64,000 nt of DNA from Octopus sinensis (Eukaryota). Both the position numbers and the translations under genes were made by a program. Shown here piece by piece: positions 1-11,841 of the stretch. The stretch covers positions 54,684,001 to 54,748,000 of the forward strand of contig NC_043006.1 of assembly GCF_006345805.1 (NCBI RefSeq), given 5' to 3'. Positions within the stretch are counted from its first letter, which is position 1; each line of letters opens with the position of its first letter. The notes beneath the pieces are model-generated. The model saw nothing but the letters and a program-made list of their open reading frames with translations. It ran no database searches and had not been told where the DNA came from.

Positions 1-64
1 TGCGCGACATTAAAAATATAAAATGGTGACACTTTACCCATCACACCCTGTATATATATATATA

Positions 65-1465
65 TACTAACTTCATTTCTTTCAAGCCTACGTATGTCCT
101 CAACAGTCATGGCCCATGCTTCACTGCCATGTAGCATGGCTATTTGCACACATGCATCATACAGTCTACCTTTCACTCTGAGCGAGAGGCCCTTTGTTAC
201 CAGTAGAGGTAGGAGCTTTCTGAACTTTGCCCAGGCTATTCTTATTCTAGTGGTAATGCTCTCAGAGCATCTACCCCCACTACAGACTTGGTCACCTAGG
301 TAGCTGAAGCTATCAACTACTTCTAGTTTCTCCTCCTGGCATGTGATGGAATCTGTTTTCTGAACATCTTCGATGTTTATTGCCCCTGTGCATCAGCCGT
401 ACATAAAAACTATCATCCCAGTTAAACTTCCTTTGATATTGCTGCACCTCTTATGTGTCCATAGCTTGCAGTGGGTACATCTTATGAAGTTTTTACCTAT
501 ACCTTTTCTACAGATCAAGCAGGGCCATCTACCAGAAGGGGTTTGTGATTTGTCTGCCTTACTAGGACTTTGGTTTTCACTACATTGACTCTAAAGTCCT
601 TCAATTCTAGACCTTGCTTCCTCATCTGAAATTTCTTCTCTAGTTCCGGAGTGATTCAGCTATTTGAGTAAGGTCATCAGCATAGAGGAACTCCCAGGGA
701 TAGCATAGAGGAACTCCTCTGGAGGACTATGATGAATAGGAGGGGGCTGAGGACTGATCCTTGGTGAACCCCTATTTCTACCTGAAATTTTTCACTATAT
801 TTGGTGCCAACCCTCGCCTTACTGACAGCATCCCTGTACGGCTCTTACTAACCACTCATCTATCCCTAGTTTCTGCATTGCCCACCAGATAAAGGATTGG
901 GGAACCCTGTCAAAAGCTTTCTCCAAGTCAACAAAAGCAAAGTACAGAGGTTTATTTTTGGCTATGTATTTCTCCTGCAGCTACCTTACCAGAATTATGG
1001 CATCAGTGGCACTTCTACCTGGCACAAAACCAAACTGTGTCTCATTTAGGCTGACTCTCTCCCTAATTAGTCAGACTATGACCCTCTCTATGACCTTCAT
1101 CACCTGATCCAGCAATTTGATACTCCTGTAGTTATTTCTATCTAAAGCATCATCTTTACCTTTGTAGCAGTTGACTATGGTGCTGCTATACCAGTCATTG
1201 GGTATGACTCCTTCATGAACTACCTGATTTACAATACAGGTGACTAGACTATAACCCATACCACCAGATATTTTAAGCATCTCAGTAGTGATTCCTGATG
1301 GACCGGGGCCTTTTCCTGACTTCATATCCTTAATTGCTTTATTTACCAGGGTGCTATCAATTCAAGTAGCTGGTTCCTCAACTGGGTCGACATTTGGCAG
1401 GCTCTCCTCCGCCCATTCATTCTCCACATTCATCAGTCTTTCATAATGGCATCTCCAGACCTTTT
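65..1465 (-). mobile_element. Degenerate RTE-clade non-LTR retrotransposon, reverse transcriptase region
   Basis: Minus-strand translation gives KSGKGPGPSGITTEMLK...NNYRSIKLLDQVMKVIERV (ORF 1071-1325), LYFAFVDLEKAFDRVP (~900-950) and ELLYADDL (~670-695), with frameshifts and stops. Confidence 0.9.
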
Positions 1466-1483
1466 TCTTTCTGAATTTTATTT

Positions 1484-1514
<31 letters not shown>

Positions 1515-1515
1515 T

Positions 1516-2160
<645 letters not shown>

Positions 2161-2164
2161 ATAT

Positions 2165-2455
2165 AGTGATTGCTTCATCTTTGCAGATCATTGCTGTCTC
2201 CCCATGTACTCCCATCAACCATTATCAGCTCCAAACCTCCATCCATGACCCCTTAGATGGCTTTTAAGTCCAGCATTAGATTTGCATGGTCTGCACCAAA
2301 CATGACAGACAAAAGATGTGCCCTCTACTGGATTTATTGGGTCAGCTTGTGGGATGTCATCCTTATGTACCCTCATATGCCTTTTAAGACCAGATATTGA
2401 TTTGCAGATCTTTTTGCACACCACACATGCATACATACATACATACATACATACA

Positions 2456-2492
<37 letters not shown>

Positions 2493-2556
2493 AATTTATG
2501 CAAACACAATTGAGCTTCACACAGCTTCTATTTACTAAAATCCTCTCATAAGTCAT
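2165..2556 (-). mobile_element. 3' end of a LINE ORF2 with two C2H2 zinc fingers, interrupted by (TACA)n
   Basis: Translation CVVCKKICKSISGLKRHMRVH and [22 protein letters not shown]-terminal CxxC...GLxxHxRxH fingers are typical of RTE/CR1-group ORF2 ends. Confidence 0.6.
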
Positions 2557-2843
2557 GATATGTTGATGATAATGATGATGACAGTGATGATGATGAATAT
2601 AATGATGATGATTGCATACATCTCATCTCAAGGACATATACATGTATGTCTGAGTGTGTATTTGTCTGTATGTGTGTGAATGCATATAGGATAAAATGTC
2701 ATAATGGGTACACCCAATGCTGTTGTTTAACTCTGAGTTATATAGTGTTATAAGTAGACACGAGATGAAAACAGGATGTCAGAATGTCACAGGTAACATT
2801 TCTAGAAGTTCTGCTACATATGCCATGCAATGAGGTATGTACA

Positions 2844-2868
2844 ATGAAGTTCAGGACATACATACACA

Positions 2869-2906
<38 letters not shown>

Positions 2907-2931
2907 TGTGTATGTATGTCCTGAACTTCAT
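2844..2931. repeat. Perfect 88-bp palindrome centred on (TA)15
   Basis: atgaagttcaggacatacatacacactga-(TA)15-tcagtgtgtatgtatgtcctgaacttcat. Confidence 0.95.
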
Positions 2932-3677
2932 ATATATATATATATATATACATACACACGTACATATATATATGTATGTATGTATACACACACACACATA
3001 GAAAAGTGCATACACTAATACACAAACTTTAAAAAAAGTACATATTCAGAAACATACAATTGACAACACATATCCACATATATACATACACACATACCCT
3101 CGTCCAATACACACACACTCACACACCAACACAGAAACACACACACAAAACTGAAAAACATACACCCACCCACATACAAATGCACACACACACACGAGAA
3201 CACTCACCCACACACTGATGAAAAGACACACATACTGAAACAGAGATACTCAGCCACTCTAACAGTTATGTCTCTATAGACACACATACACATTTCAGCC
3301 ACACACATGCAAATTGTCTACTCCAATTTGAAAACTCTATCTAGGAGTTAGTCCTTATCTGATGTAAGTCAAATACGTGGTGGTGGGGGTGATGGAGAGG
3401 ATGGTGGCAGGAATGGGGTTATCTACATGATCATGTGATTTATGGTATCCCTAATGCACTGTAAGTTAAGTCACTGGGGCTATATTGCTTTATGATAGTG
3501 CTTCTCATAGAAGGATGCAGGTACTCCAGGTGTGGTGCTTTGAGAACTGAAAAAGAGGTCAATATCTATGTTAAATGAAATTAAGATGGTTTTTAAACTT
3601 TTAGAACTTGTCCAACATAACGGTGATAGAAGATGAATTATATGGATACAAATTCTATTTTGTTTTCTCACTGGTAA

Positions 3678-4247
3678 AGAGGAGGTGAGCTGGTAGAATT
3701 GTTAGCATTCTGGGCCAAATGCTGAGTGGCATTTCATCCGTCTGTCTGTTTTGAGTTCAAATTCTGCCGAGGTCAGCTTTACCTTTCATCCTTTTGGGAT
3801 TGATAAATAAGTACCAGTTGAGCACTGGTATTGATGTAATCAACTTACTCCTTTCTCTAAAATTTCAGGTTTTGTGCTTGGGTGCTAAGAATACCATCCG
3901 AGTGTGATCGTTGCCAGAGCGGCTAACTGGCTTCCGTGCCGGTGGCATGTAAAAGGCACCATTTGAGTTGATCATTACCAGTGTTGCCTTACTGGCACTT
4001 GTGCTGGTGGCATGTTTAAAAACATTCGAGCGAGGTCGTTGCCAGTACCGCCTGACTGGCCCCCGTGCCGGTGGCATGTAAAAGCACCCACTACACTCTT
4101 GGAGTGGCTGGCATTAGGAAGGGCATCCAGCTGTAGAAACTCTACCAGATCAAGATTGGAGCCTGGTGCAGCCATCTGGTTCACCAGCCCTAAGTAAATC
4201 GTCCAACCCATGCTAGCGTGGAAAGTGGATGTTAAACGATGATGATG
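3678..4247 (+). mobile_element. Composite tRNA-derived SINE (family A head, ~60-bp internal repeats, RTE-like tail ending in (GAT)n)
   Basis: Head ggaggtgagctggtagaattgttagc...gagttcaaattctgccg; internal gtgccggtggcatgtaaaa repeats; tail ...aacccatgctagcgtggaaagtggatgttaaacgatgatgatg. Confidence 0.8.
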
Positions 4248-4277
4248 TACAGACACAACGATATTTGTAGATATATA

Positions 4278-4443
4278 TGTATCTGATGGGCTTCTTTCAG
4301 TTTATATCAACTGAATCCACTCACAAGGATTTGGTTGGCCTGAGGCTATACCAGAAGACACTTGCCCAAGGTGCCATGCAGTAGGACTGAACCTGGATCC
4401 ATGTGGTTGGGAAGCAAACTTCTTACTATCTAGTCGCTCCTGC
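4278..4443 (-). mobile_element. tRNA-derived SINE, family B (5' half)
   Basis: Reverse complement of the gtaagaagtttgcttcccaaccacatggatccaggttcagtcc head that recurs more than 20 times in the window. Confidence 0.8.
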
Positions 4444-6049
4444 TTCAACAATATTGAAGTTTACAATATGACCCTCCACCAGATGGAGTTCTAGACCTGT
4501 AGTCATTTGACCAAGTACCTATGGGCAATAGGTTCCCTTAACAAAGGCTGACCTAGAGTAATGGTTGTTTATTGGTTGTATATATGTATGTGTGTGTGTG
4601 TTTGTCCCCTGCCACTGCTTGACATCCGACGTTGGTGTGTTTACGTCCCTGTAACTTAGCAGTTCAGCAAAAGGGACTGATGGAATAAGTACTAGGCTTA
4701 AAAATAGAAAAAAAGTACTGGGGTCGATTTATTCAACTAAAATTCTTTAAGGTAGTGCCCCAGCATGGCCGCAGTCTAATGACTGAAACAAGTAAAAAAA
4801 ACTAAAAGAATCAAAGAATCTATTTTTCATGCTGGTATGGGTTGGATGACTTGACAGGAACTGATACACTAGGTTCTGTAGTCTGTTTTGGCTTGTTTTC
4901 TATAGCTGGATGCCCTCTTAACACCAACCACTTTACAGGAGTGTACTGGATACTTTTAACATGGCACCATCACCAGTTCTAAAGAAACAGGTAAAAAAAC
5001 AAACAAATGATATCAATTCAGCTCTTTGTGAGTTTACAATTAAACAGTGGATCTCTTGCACCTAAAATATTTAACAAAATAAAAAGAAATTAGTAAAAAA
5101 ATTAGAGAGGGAAAACAACGTTGGTAAATTTATTTTAAATGAGACCTTGAAATGTTTAAGTGGAGTAGAAATAGCTTTGAGCAAAATTACTTGCCTGATG
5201 TCTTCAATTAAAATGTCTTCAGTTAAGATATGCTTTGTATACCCAATGATTTTCTGTCTCACTCATTCGGCTCTGCAAGCTATTTCTATAGAACTTTGTT
5301 ACTTCATAAGGCAGGTTAACCAAGTTTAATTGTCTCTTGTGGTAAATAAACAGTTTATAAATGAAGCTCTTCTTGTTGACTAATTAATTGTATGTTTGTA
5401 TATCTTTTGTTTTTCTTTGTTGGGGACGAGACAACATATCTCTAGTGCTGTTGCTATGATAAATTGCACCCAACATACTTTGTAAAGTGGTTGGCGTTAA
5501 GAATGAGATTCAACCAACCCATGCCAAAAAAAAAAAAAACTTGGAATATGTGAGCCAAATGAGAATAGTAACTCTGAATAAGAAATGACTTGAACTGGGC
5601 TGATCTGTTCAACCCATGTGAGCTTAAAAAAGGGATATAAAATGATGATAATGTTGTTGATGATATATATATATATATATATATTTAAAATTGAGGATAA
5701 AATCTTTATAAGAAATTATCAGTAGTTAGCGTGAAAAACCTTGTAAGAGAAAAAATCTGTAAATTTTTCCACTTTGAAAACATTTATTTATATTATATAG
5801 AGGGTACTACTATTCATAGATATCGCACGCTAGGAGGGGCCCTTGCGGCCAAAACTACTAAAATAAACAAATTTTACCGAATGCAAAACTTCAAAGCAAG
5901 TCATTTAGAAAAAAGAATTTAGTTACATATCACCTGTATATATATATATATATATATATGTGTGTAGGTCCCGGGTTGATTCGGGGTTAACCACAGTAAA
6001 TAAGGTACTCAATACATAGCAGAGTAAAATTAATTTATTATATAGAAGG

Positions 6050-6100
6050 AGCTTCTACAGGACTAGAACTGTTTCATTCAAGAGAAATCTTCAGGAAGCT
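6050..6100 (-). ncRNA. Type I hammerhead ribozyme motif (PLE-type)
   Basis: Minus strand: agcttc-CTGAAGA-t ttc tctt gaa t-GAAACAG-ttctagtc-CTGTA-gaagct. 6-bp stem I, intact core, 4-bp stem III, GUA cleavage triplet. Confidence 0.8.
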
Positions 6101-6146
6101 CCTGAAGATTTCTCTTGAATGAAACAGTTCTAGTCCTGTAGAAGCT
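6097..6146 (+). ncRNA. Mirror copy of the hammerhead motif (stem I with one bulge)
   Basis: agctc-CTGAAGA(6102-6108)-...-GAAACAG(6121-6127)-ttctagtc-CTGTA(6136-6140)-gaagct. Confidence 0.7.
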
Positions 6147-6189
6147 CCTTCTATATAATAAATATATATATATATATATATATACATCT

Positions 6190-6410
6190 TATGTGTATTC
6201 TTTTACTTGTTTCAGTCATTTAACTGTGGCCATGCTGGAGTACCACTTAAAAGGGTTTTAGTCAAAGAAATCAACCTCAGGACTTATTCTTTGTAAGCCT
6301 AGTACTTATTCTATTGGTCTCTTTTGCCAAACTGCTATGTTATGGGGACGTAAACACACCAACATCAGTTGTCAAGAGATGTTGATGGGGACAAACACAG
6401 ACACACACAT
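6190..6410 (-). mobile_element. tRNA-derived SINE family B, 3' half
   Basis: cttttacttgtttcagtcatttaactgtggccatgctggag...gggacaaacacagac matches other copies. Confidence 0.8.
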
Positions 6411-6416
6411 GCATAA

Positions 6417-6448
<32 letters not shown>

Positions 6449-6449
6449 G

Positions 6450-6585
6450 TCAAAATAAGCAACAGGATATCCAGAGGTGAAGCAGTACGTCTGTAAGTAG
6501 TTCCATTTAATTGAAACGCTTGAAATGGAGTCCCTTAAAACGGGTCGTACTGCATCACCTCTGGATATCCTGTTGCTTATTTTGA
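6450..6585. repeat. 136-bp element with 40-bp terminal inverted repeats (1 mismatch)
   Basis: tcaaaataagcaacaggatatccagaggtgaagcagtacg ... cgtactgcatcacctctggatatcctgttgcttattttga. Confidence 0.9.
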
Positions 6586-6654
6586 TTGTTAATCACTTTA
6601 TTTTGAAGTAGTACAGATAATACTGCTCTCTGAATCTCAATTATTTTGCTATGT

Positions 6655-6990
6655 ATATATATGACAGGCTCCTTTCAGTTTCCATCTACCAAATCAACTT
6701 ACAAGGCTTTGGTTGGCCTGAGGCTATAGTAGAAGACACTTGCTCAAGGTGTCACACAGTGGAACTGAACCCAGATCCAAGTGGTGAGAAAGCAAGCTTC
6801 TCACCACCCAGCCATTCTTTTTTATATGCTTTTACATGTTTCAGTCATTGAACTTTGGCCCTTTTGAGGTACTGCTTTGAAGGCTTTGGTTTAACAAATT
6901 GATCCTATTGCTTATTTTTAATGTCTGGTACATATTTTCATTGGTCTCTTTTACCAAACCACTAACAATGGATGCAAAGTGGTGGTGGAG
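6655..6990 (-). mobile_element. tRNA-derived SINE family B fragments
   Basis: Similar to the other family B copies. Confidence 0.7.
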
Positions 6991-7037
6991 GACAAATACA
7001 AACATCTCCCCCCTTTCTCTCTCTCTATATATATATT

Positions 7038-7995
7038 GCTGCTTTCTTCCAAGGAATCTAATGCTCTTAGCTTAGTTTTTCCTTAGGGCTTGCCACATTG
7101 GAGCAGTCTTGAGTATAACCAGCCAAAATTGCAAAGATAATCTGGAACTTGACTGAGGATAGAAAACTCTGAATGATCCGTCCTTGTTTTCTTTGTATCA
7201 TCTGCCTGGATGTTTTGTTGTCCCTTTTTTGTATCACCTAACTGTCTTGATGTTTTGCGTTCTTCTCCCACTTTTGTATTTTTTATATTTAAAATATAGT
7301 GGTGTATGTACACTTTGGTCTCTTATATGTAAGTATATATATATCTATTCTTTCCTTCTTTCTATCAGCCCTTTCACACTTTGTTCATTCTACTCTTCGT
7401 TCCCCCTCTCTCACATTTCCTGGCCTTCTCTTCATGCTCACTTTCCCTTCACTGTGTCTCTTTCATTTTTTTCTCGCCCCTCCTTAATTCTTCTATCCCT
7501 CTGCCTCTACTTCTCTCCCCATGTGACCGGTGTTCGGCCAGGCCTGACCTTTCTTTTTTAGACTACCATCTGTGCAACATCTATATACCTCCCTGTGCCA
7601 GTTAAATCTTATGACCCTGCCGCAAGGCTTTACATCCACACATGCCAGCTTAATTTAATTCGTCCTTAGTCAAAAGACACCCGTTGTTATGTCCTGTTAA
7701 TTGCATTTGTACTTGTGTAACATTTCTCTGTTTTTTTCCGTCCTTGTTTTCGTATACAGTCGCTGCTTTCTTCCAAGGAATCTAATGCTCTTAGTTTAGT
7801 TTTTCCTTGGGGCTGGCCAGATTGGAGTATAACCAGCCGAAATCGCAAAGATAATCTGGAATTCGACTGAGGATAGAAAACTCCAAATGTCCCATCCTTG
7901 TTTTCTTTGTATCGTTTGTCTGGCTGTTTTGCTGTCCCTTTTTTGTTTCACTGTCTGGATGTTTTGGTTCTTATCCCCTTTTTGTATCTTTTATA
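7038..7995 (+). mobile_element. Unclassified element with ~240-bp direct repeats (7038-7290 and 7762-7995), LTR- or pLTR-like
   Basis: gctgctttcttccaaggaatctaatgctcttag...gactgaggatagaaaactc...ccttgttttctttgtatc occurs twice, diverged. Confidence 0.55.
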
Positions 7996-8004
7996 TCATC
8001 ATTC

Positions 8005-8660
8005 ATCATCATCATTCATTTAGCGTCCGTTTTCCATGCTAGCATGGGTTGGATGGTTCAACTGGGGTCTGGGGAGCCCGAAGGCTACACCAGGCCAGTC
8101 AGATCTGGCAGTGTTTCTACAGCTGGATGCCCTTCCTAACGCCAACCACTCCGAGAGCGTAGTGGGTGATTTTATGTGCCACCGACACAGGTGCCAGACG
8201 AGGCTGGCGAACGGCCACGCTCGGATGGTGTTTTTATGTGCCACCGACACAGGTGCCAGACGAGGCTGGCAGACGGCCACGCTCGGATGGTGTTTTTATG
8301 TGCCACCGACACAGGTGCCAGATGAGGCTGGCGAACGGCCACGATCGGATGGTGTTTGTTACGTGCCCGCAGCACGGAGGCCAGTCGATGCGGTACTGGC
8401 TACGGCCACGTTCGGATGGTTTTCTTGTGTGCCACCGGCACTGGTACCACAAAGATACAAATTCCATTGATGTTCATCTATTTTGATTTGTTTTGATTGA
8501 TTTTCACTTGCCTCAACAGGTCTTCATAAGTGTCACAAGAAGGAAGGTATGCACAGGTGGACTGACTACGTCCCAGGTAGGGGCCATGGGTTATGGCCTG
8601 ACTAGTCTTGCCGGGTCTTCGGATGGTGTTTTTATGTGCCACCGACACAGGTGCCATATA
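8005..8660 (-). mobile_element. Composite SINE tail (RTE-like 3' end) with an amplified 62-bp tandem unit
   Basis: (CAT)n-gtttagcgtccgttttccatgctagcatggg; units start at 8174, 8236 and 8298 (near-identical) and 8361 (diverged). Confidence 0.8.
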
Positions 8661-9009
8661 TAAATATACATATATCTTATGTAAGTAAGGGAAAATCTAA
8701 GCTGTGTCCTCTTGAAGCACATCTACTTATTCCAGTTTTACAATCCAATATGTAGTAATTGTTGTTGTTGTTGTTGTTTTACTAATGTGAGGAAATATTG
8801 TTTGCAGAGTTATTATAAAACAAAACAGGAAGTTGGAAAATTTTTGGGTATTATTTATTCACCATTATACAATTTTCATTTTCTAATAGGAATCATGAAG
8901 TAGTACATGTTAGATAAATATATAAGCAATTTCATATCAGAAATTCTTCAGACAGAGAATTAAAAAATATTATTTGATATGTAAGTACATACACACATAT
9001 ATATATATA

Positions 9010-9172
9010 CCTGGTTCCTCTTCTTTCAATTTCTGTTTACCAAAGCCACTTACAACACTTTGGTTGGCTTGTGCCTTATAGCAGAAGACACTTGCCCAAG
9101 GTGACATAGAGTGGAGCTGAACCTAAAACCATGCAGTTGGGAAGCAAGCTTTTTACCATACAGCTATGTCTG
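9010..9172 (-). mobile_element. tRNA-derived SINE family B
   Basis: Similar to the other copies. Confidence 0.75.
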
Positions 9173-9460
9173 CACATATGTGTGTGTCTGCATCCATTTA
9201 CATGTGTGTGTATGTATATATATATATATATAGAAATACAATAAGAGGCTTCCAAATAGGAAAGCCTTGTGCTAGAAAGAGCAGTAGAAAACTCAAAACC
9301 ACCAAATAAGGATACATTTTTAAAAGGAATGAAAGTTAAAAACGTTTCTAAGTGAATAATATATAGTCTAATGACTAATTCGTTTTTGTGCTAGGCCACT
9401 GGTAATAATACTTTCTTATTACCCTATTGTTATATATATATATATATATGTATGTATATA

Positions 9461-10751
9461 TACAAGAGGAAGTCAAAAAGTATCCACACTTTCGCCATAA
9501 CATATCTTTATTATTGTTACACTGCCTTCTGTGCGTGTGTACTTATTGTAGGTATTATTGTGGTTATGTGACCGAAGTTTGAGCCTAATCACACCATTTT
9601 TCTTTCTGGTTTTACAGTGTAAGCATGGCCACACCACTAGCAATGTGCACCAAAGAACGAAGTGCAGTGATCTGTTTACTTTGGTCGAAAGTTGTGTCAG
9701 GTGCTGAAATTCATCGGAGGCTTTTAGCACAATACGGGGACAGTGCACTACTGTATAGAAGTGTGTATGAGTGGATCAAGAAGTTTAAAAGTGGCTGGAC
9801 AAGCATAATGCATGGGGATGGAGCAGGACGCCGATCAACCTCCACCACTGATGAGAAGATTCAGCAAGCTTGAGAGGTGGTAATGGTGAACCAATAAGGT
9901 AGCTTGTTCTCTGCAGATTAGTCATGGTTCTCCCTATAAAATCATCCATGATAAGCTTGGCTTCCATAAAGTTTGTGCAAGATGGGTGCCAAAAGAGCTT
10001 ACTGCAGAGCACAAGTGCAAACGTCTTGAAGCTTGCCAATGTTTACTTGATCGCTACAACAATGAGTGTGAGGGATATTTGAGAAGAATAGTCACAGAAG
10101 ATGAAACATGGGTTCATTATTATGAAGCAGAATCCAAAAGATAGAGCATGGAGTGGAAACATCCTGGCTTGCTAGCAACAAAGAAATTCAAGACTCAGTC
10201 TTCCATGGGAAAGGTGATGCTAACCCTCTTTTGGGACTCAAAAGGACCTATATTGGAAGACTACCTGGTGAAGGAGTATATGATCAACAGTGCAAGATGC
10301 AGTCGTTTTCTGGCCAACAATCTGAAGCCAGCAATTCGCAACAAATGCCAAAGGCTATTGCTGAAGAAAGTTTTGTTGTTGCATGACAGTGCCTTCCCAC
10401 ACACAGCCACCCAGACTATTGAAGCCATTAACCAATTGGGTTTTGAGGTGCTGGAACACCCTGCCTAGATCTTGCCCCTTCCAACTATCATATCTATGGT
10501 CCTCTCAAAGATGGTTTATGAGGTCATTGATTTCCAACAGATGAAGATGTGAAGGAAGTAGTGCAGAAATGGTTGCATGACCAACCAAAAACCTTCTTCT
10601 TGGAGGGAATGCGCAAGCTTGTGGACCACTGGAACAAATGCATCGAAAAGGAAGGACAATATTTAAAAAGTAATGCACTTGTTTATCCCCTGCTTTTGTG
10701 TAAATACATTGAAAAAATAAGAGTACGTATAATTTTTAACTTTTCCTCATA
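9461..10751 (+). mobile_element. Near full-length degenerate mariner (DD34D) transposon; transposase remnants ~9625-10670
   Basis: Motifs ARWVPKEL, VTEDETWV, LLHDSA, HPA..DLAPSNY, KCIEKEGQY. Degenerate TIRs (tacaagaggaagtcaaaaagtat / ataatttttaacttttcctcata) in TA context; multiple stops and frameshifts. Confidence 0.92.
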
Positions 10752-11558
10752 TATTGTGTGTGTGCATAAATGATATCTGAGTGAGATGTGATACTCTGAC
10801 ATGTCTAATAGGACAGTAACTTTGAATAAGTACTTGACATAGATTGTGACAAAACAGACTAACCTATGCCAGATGGGAAACAAAACTATGATGATGATAA
10901 TGATAATATATGCACGTGCATGTGTGTGTGTGTGTGTGGTGTGAAAGAGTATTATGGAGTGCTAAGTACACTCCCAGTTAAATGACTTTGCTTCTTCATA
11001 CTTATGATTTCCAATGAAATGAATGAGAGAAGGAAAGAGAGTGTGTGAAAGAAAAGGAGAGAGGGAGAGAGAGAGAGAGTAAAAAAAAAGAGAAAGAGTA
11101 AAGGAGAGATGGCTTGTAAGTAAACTGAACTGTTGTTCACATATAAAGTTAAAGCCTTCATATGACACAATATAACAAATGAATTTATGACTCAGAGTAT
11201 TGTTCCTTTATACTGTTACTGAATTCAATTGTATTAAAGTCAAGGCACAACTTTAAAGGGTTTTAGTCAATTATATTGACTTCAGTAGTTTGACAGGTAC
11301 TTATTGTTTTGTGTTGATATCTATAAAATGCCAAAGTTCACAAGAGTTAAATGCCTTTGGGGCAGTGGCCCAAAATTTCTTTGACTTCATAGTGCAAAAT
11401 ATTACACAAAATATTGCTGGGGTGCAAGCATAGCTGTAGGTTTAAGATTCAGTTCCACAGTGTGACACCTTGGGTAAATGGCTTTTGCTATAGCCCAGCC
11501 CTGGACTGACCAAAGTCTTGCAAGTAAATTTGATAGAAAGAAGTTTGTCATACACACA

Positions 11559-11779
11559 TATGAAGAGGTACTGAAAAGTTCTTGGATGCTTTGGGTAAAA
11601 GAATATGCAGGAGGACCAGTTAATTATGATTTTATTCAACATATTCCCCTCTCAGATTCACACACTTATTGCAGTGGTCCTTCAGTTTTTCTAAGCCCTG
11701 TAAAAGAACTCAGAAGGTTGGGCCTCCAACCAAGCATTTTGTGATAACCTTAAAGCCAGGAACTTTTCAGCACCTCCTC

Positions 11780-11782
<3 letters not shown>
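11559..11782 (-). mobile_element. Mariner-derived MITE (internally deleted)
   Basis: TIRs ...ctgaaaagttcttgg / ccaggaacttttcagca; retains the transposase C-terminal coding remnant (KCVNLRGEYVE*). A second copy lies at ~19594-19777. Confidence 0.75.

Positions 11783-11841
<59 letters not shown>

Larger units (their letters stand above)
6033..6163. repeat. Perfect hairpin: 64-bp arms, 3-nt loop (agc)
   Basis: 6033-6096 is the exact reverse complement of 6100-6163. Confidence 0.97.

Noticed and set aside
7090-7175. Possible hammerhead in the direct repeats (also 7810-7885)
   Set aside because: GAAA and CTGAGGA are present but cannot be arranged with proper stems into a canonical core.
8020-8486. 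Overlapping 67-144 aa ORFs and a CRISPR-like look of the 62-bp repeats
   Set aside because: Units are contiguous with no unique spacers, lie in a SINE tail, and the context is eukaryotic with no cas genes.
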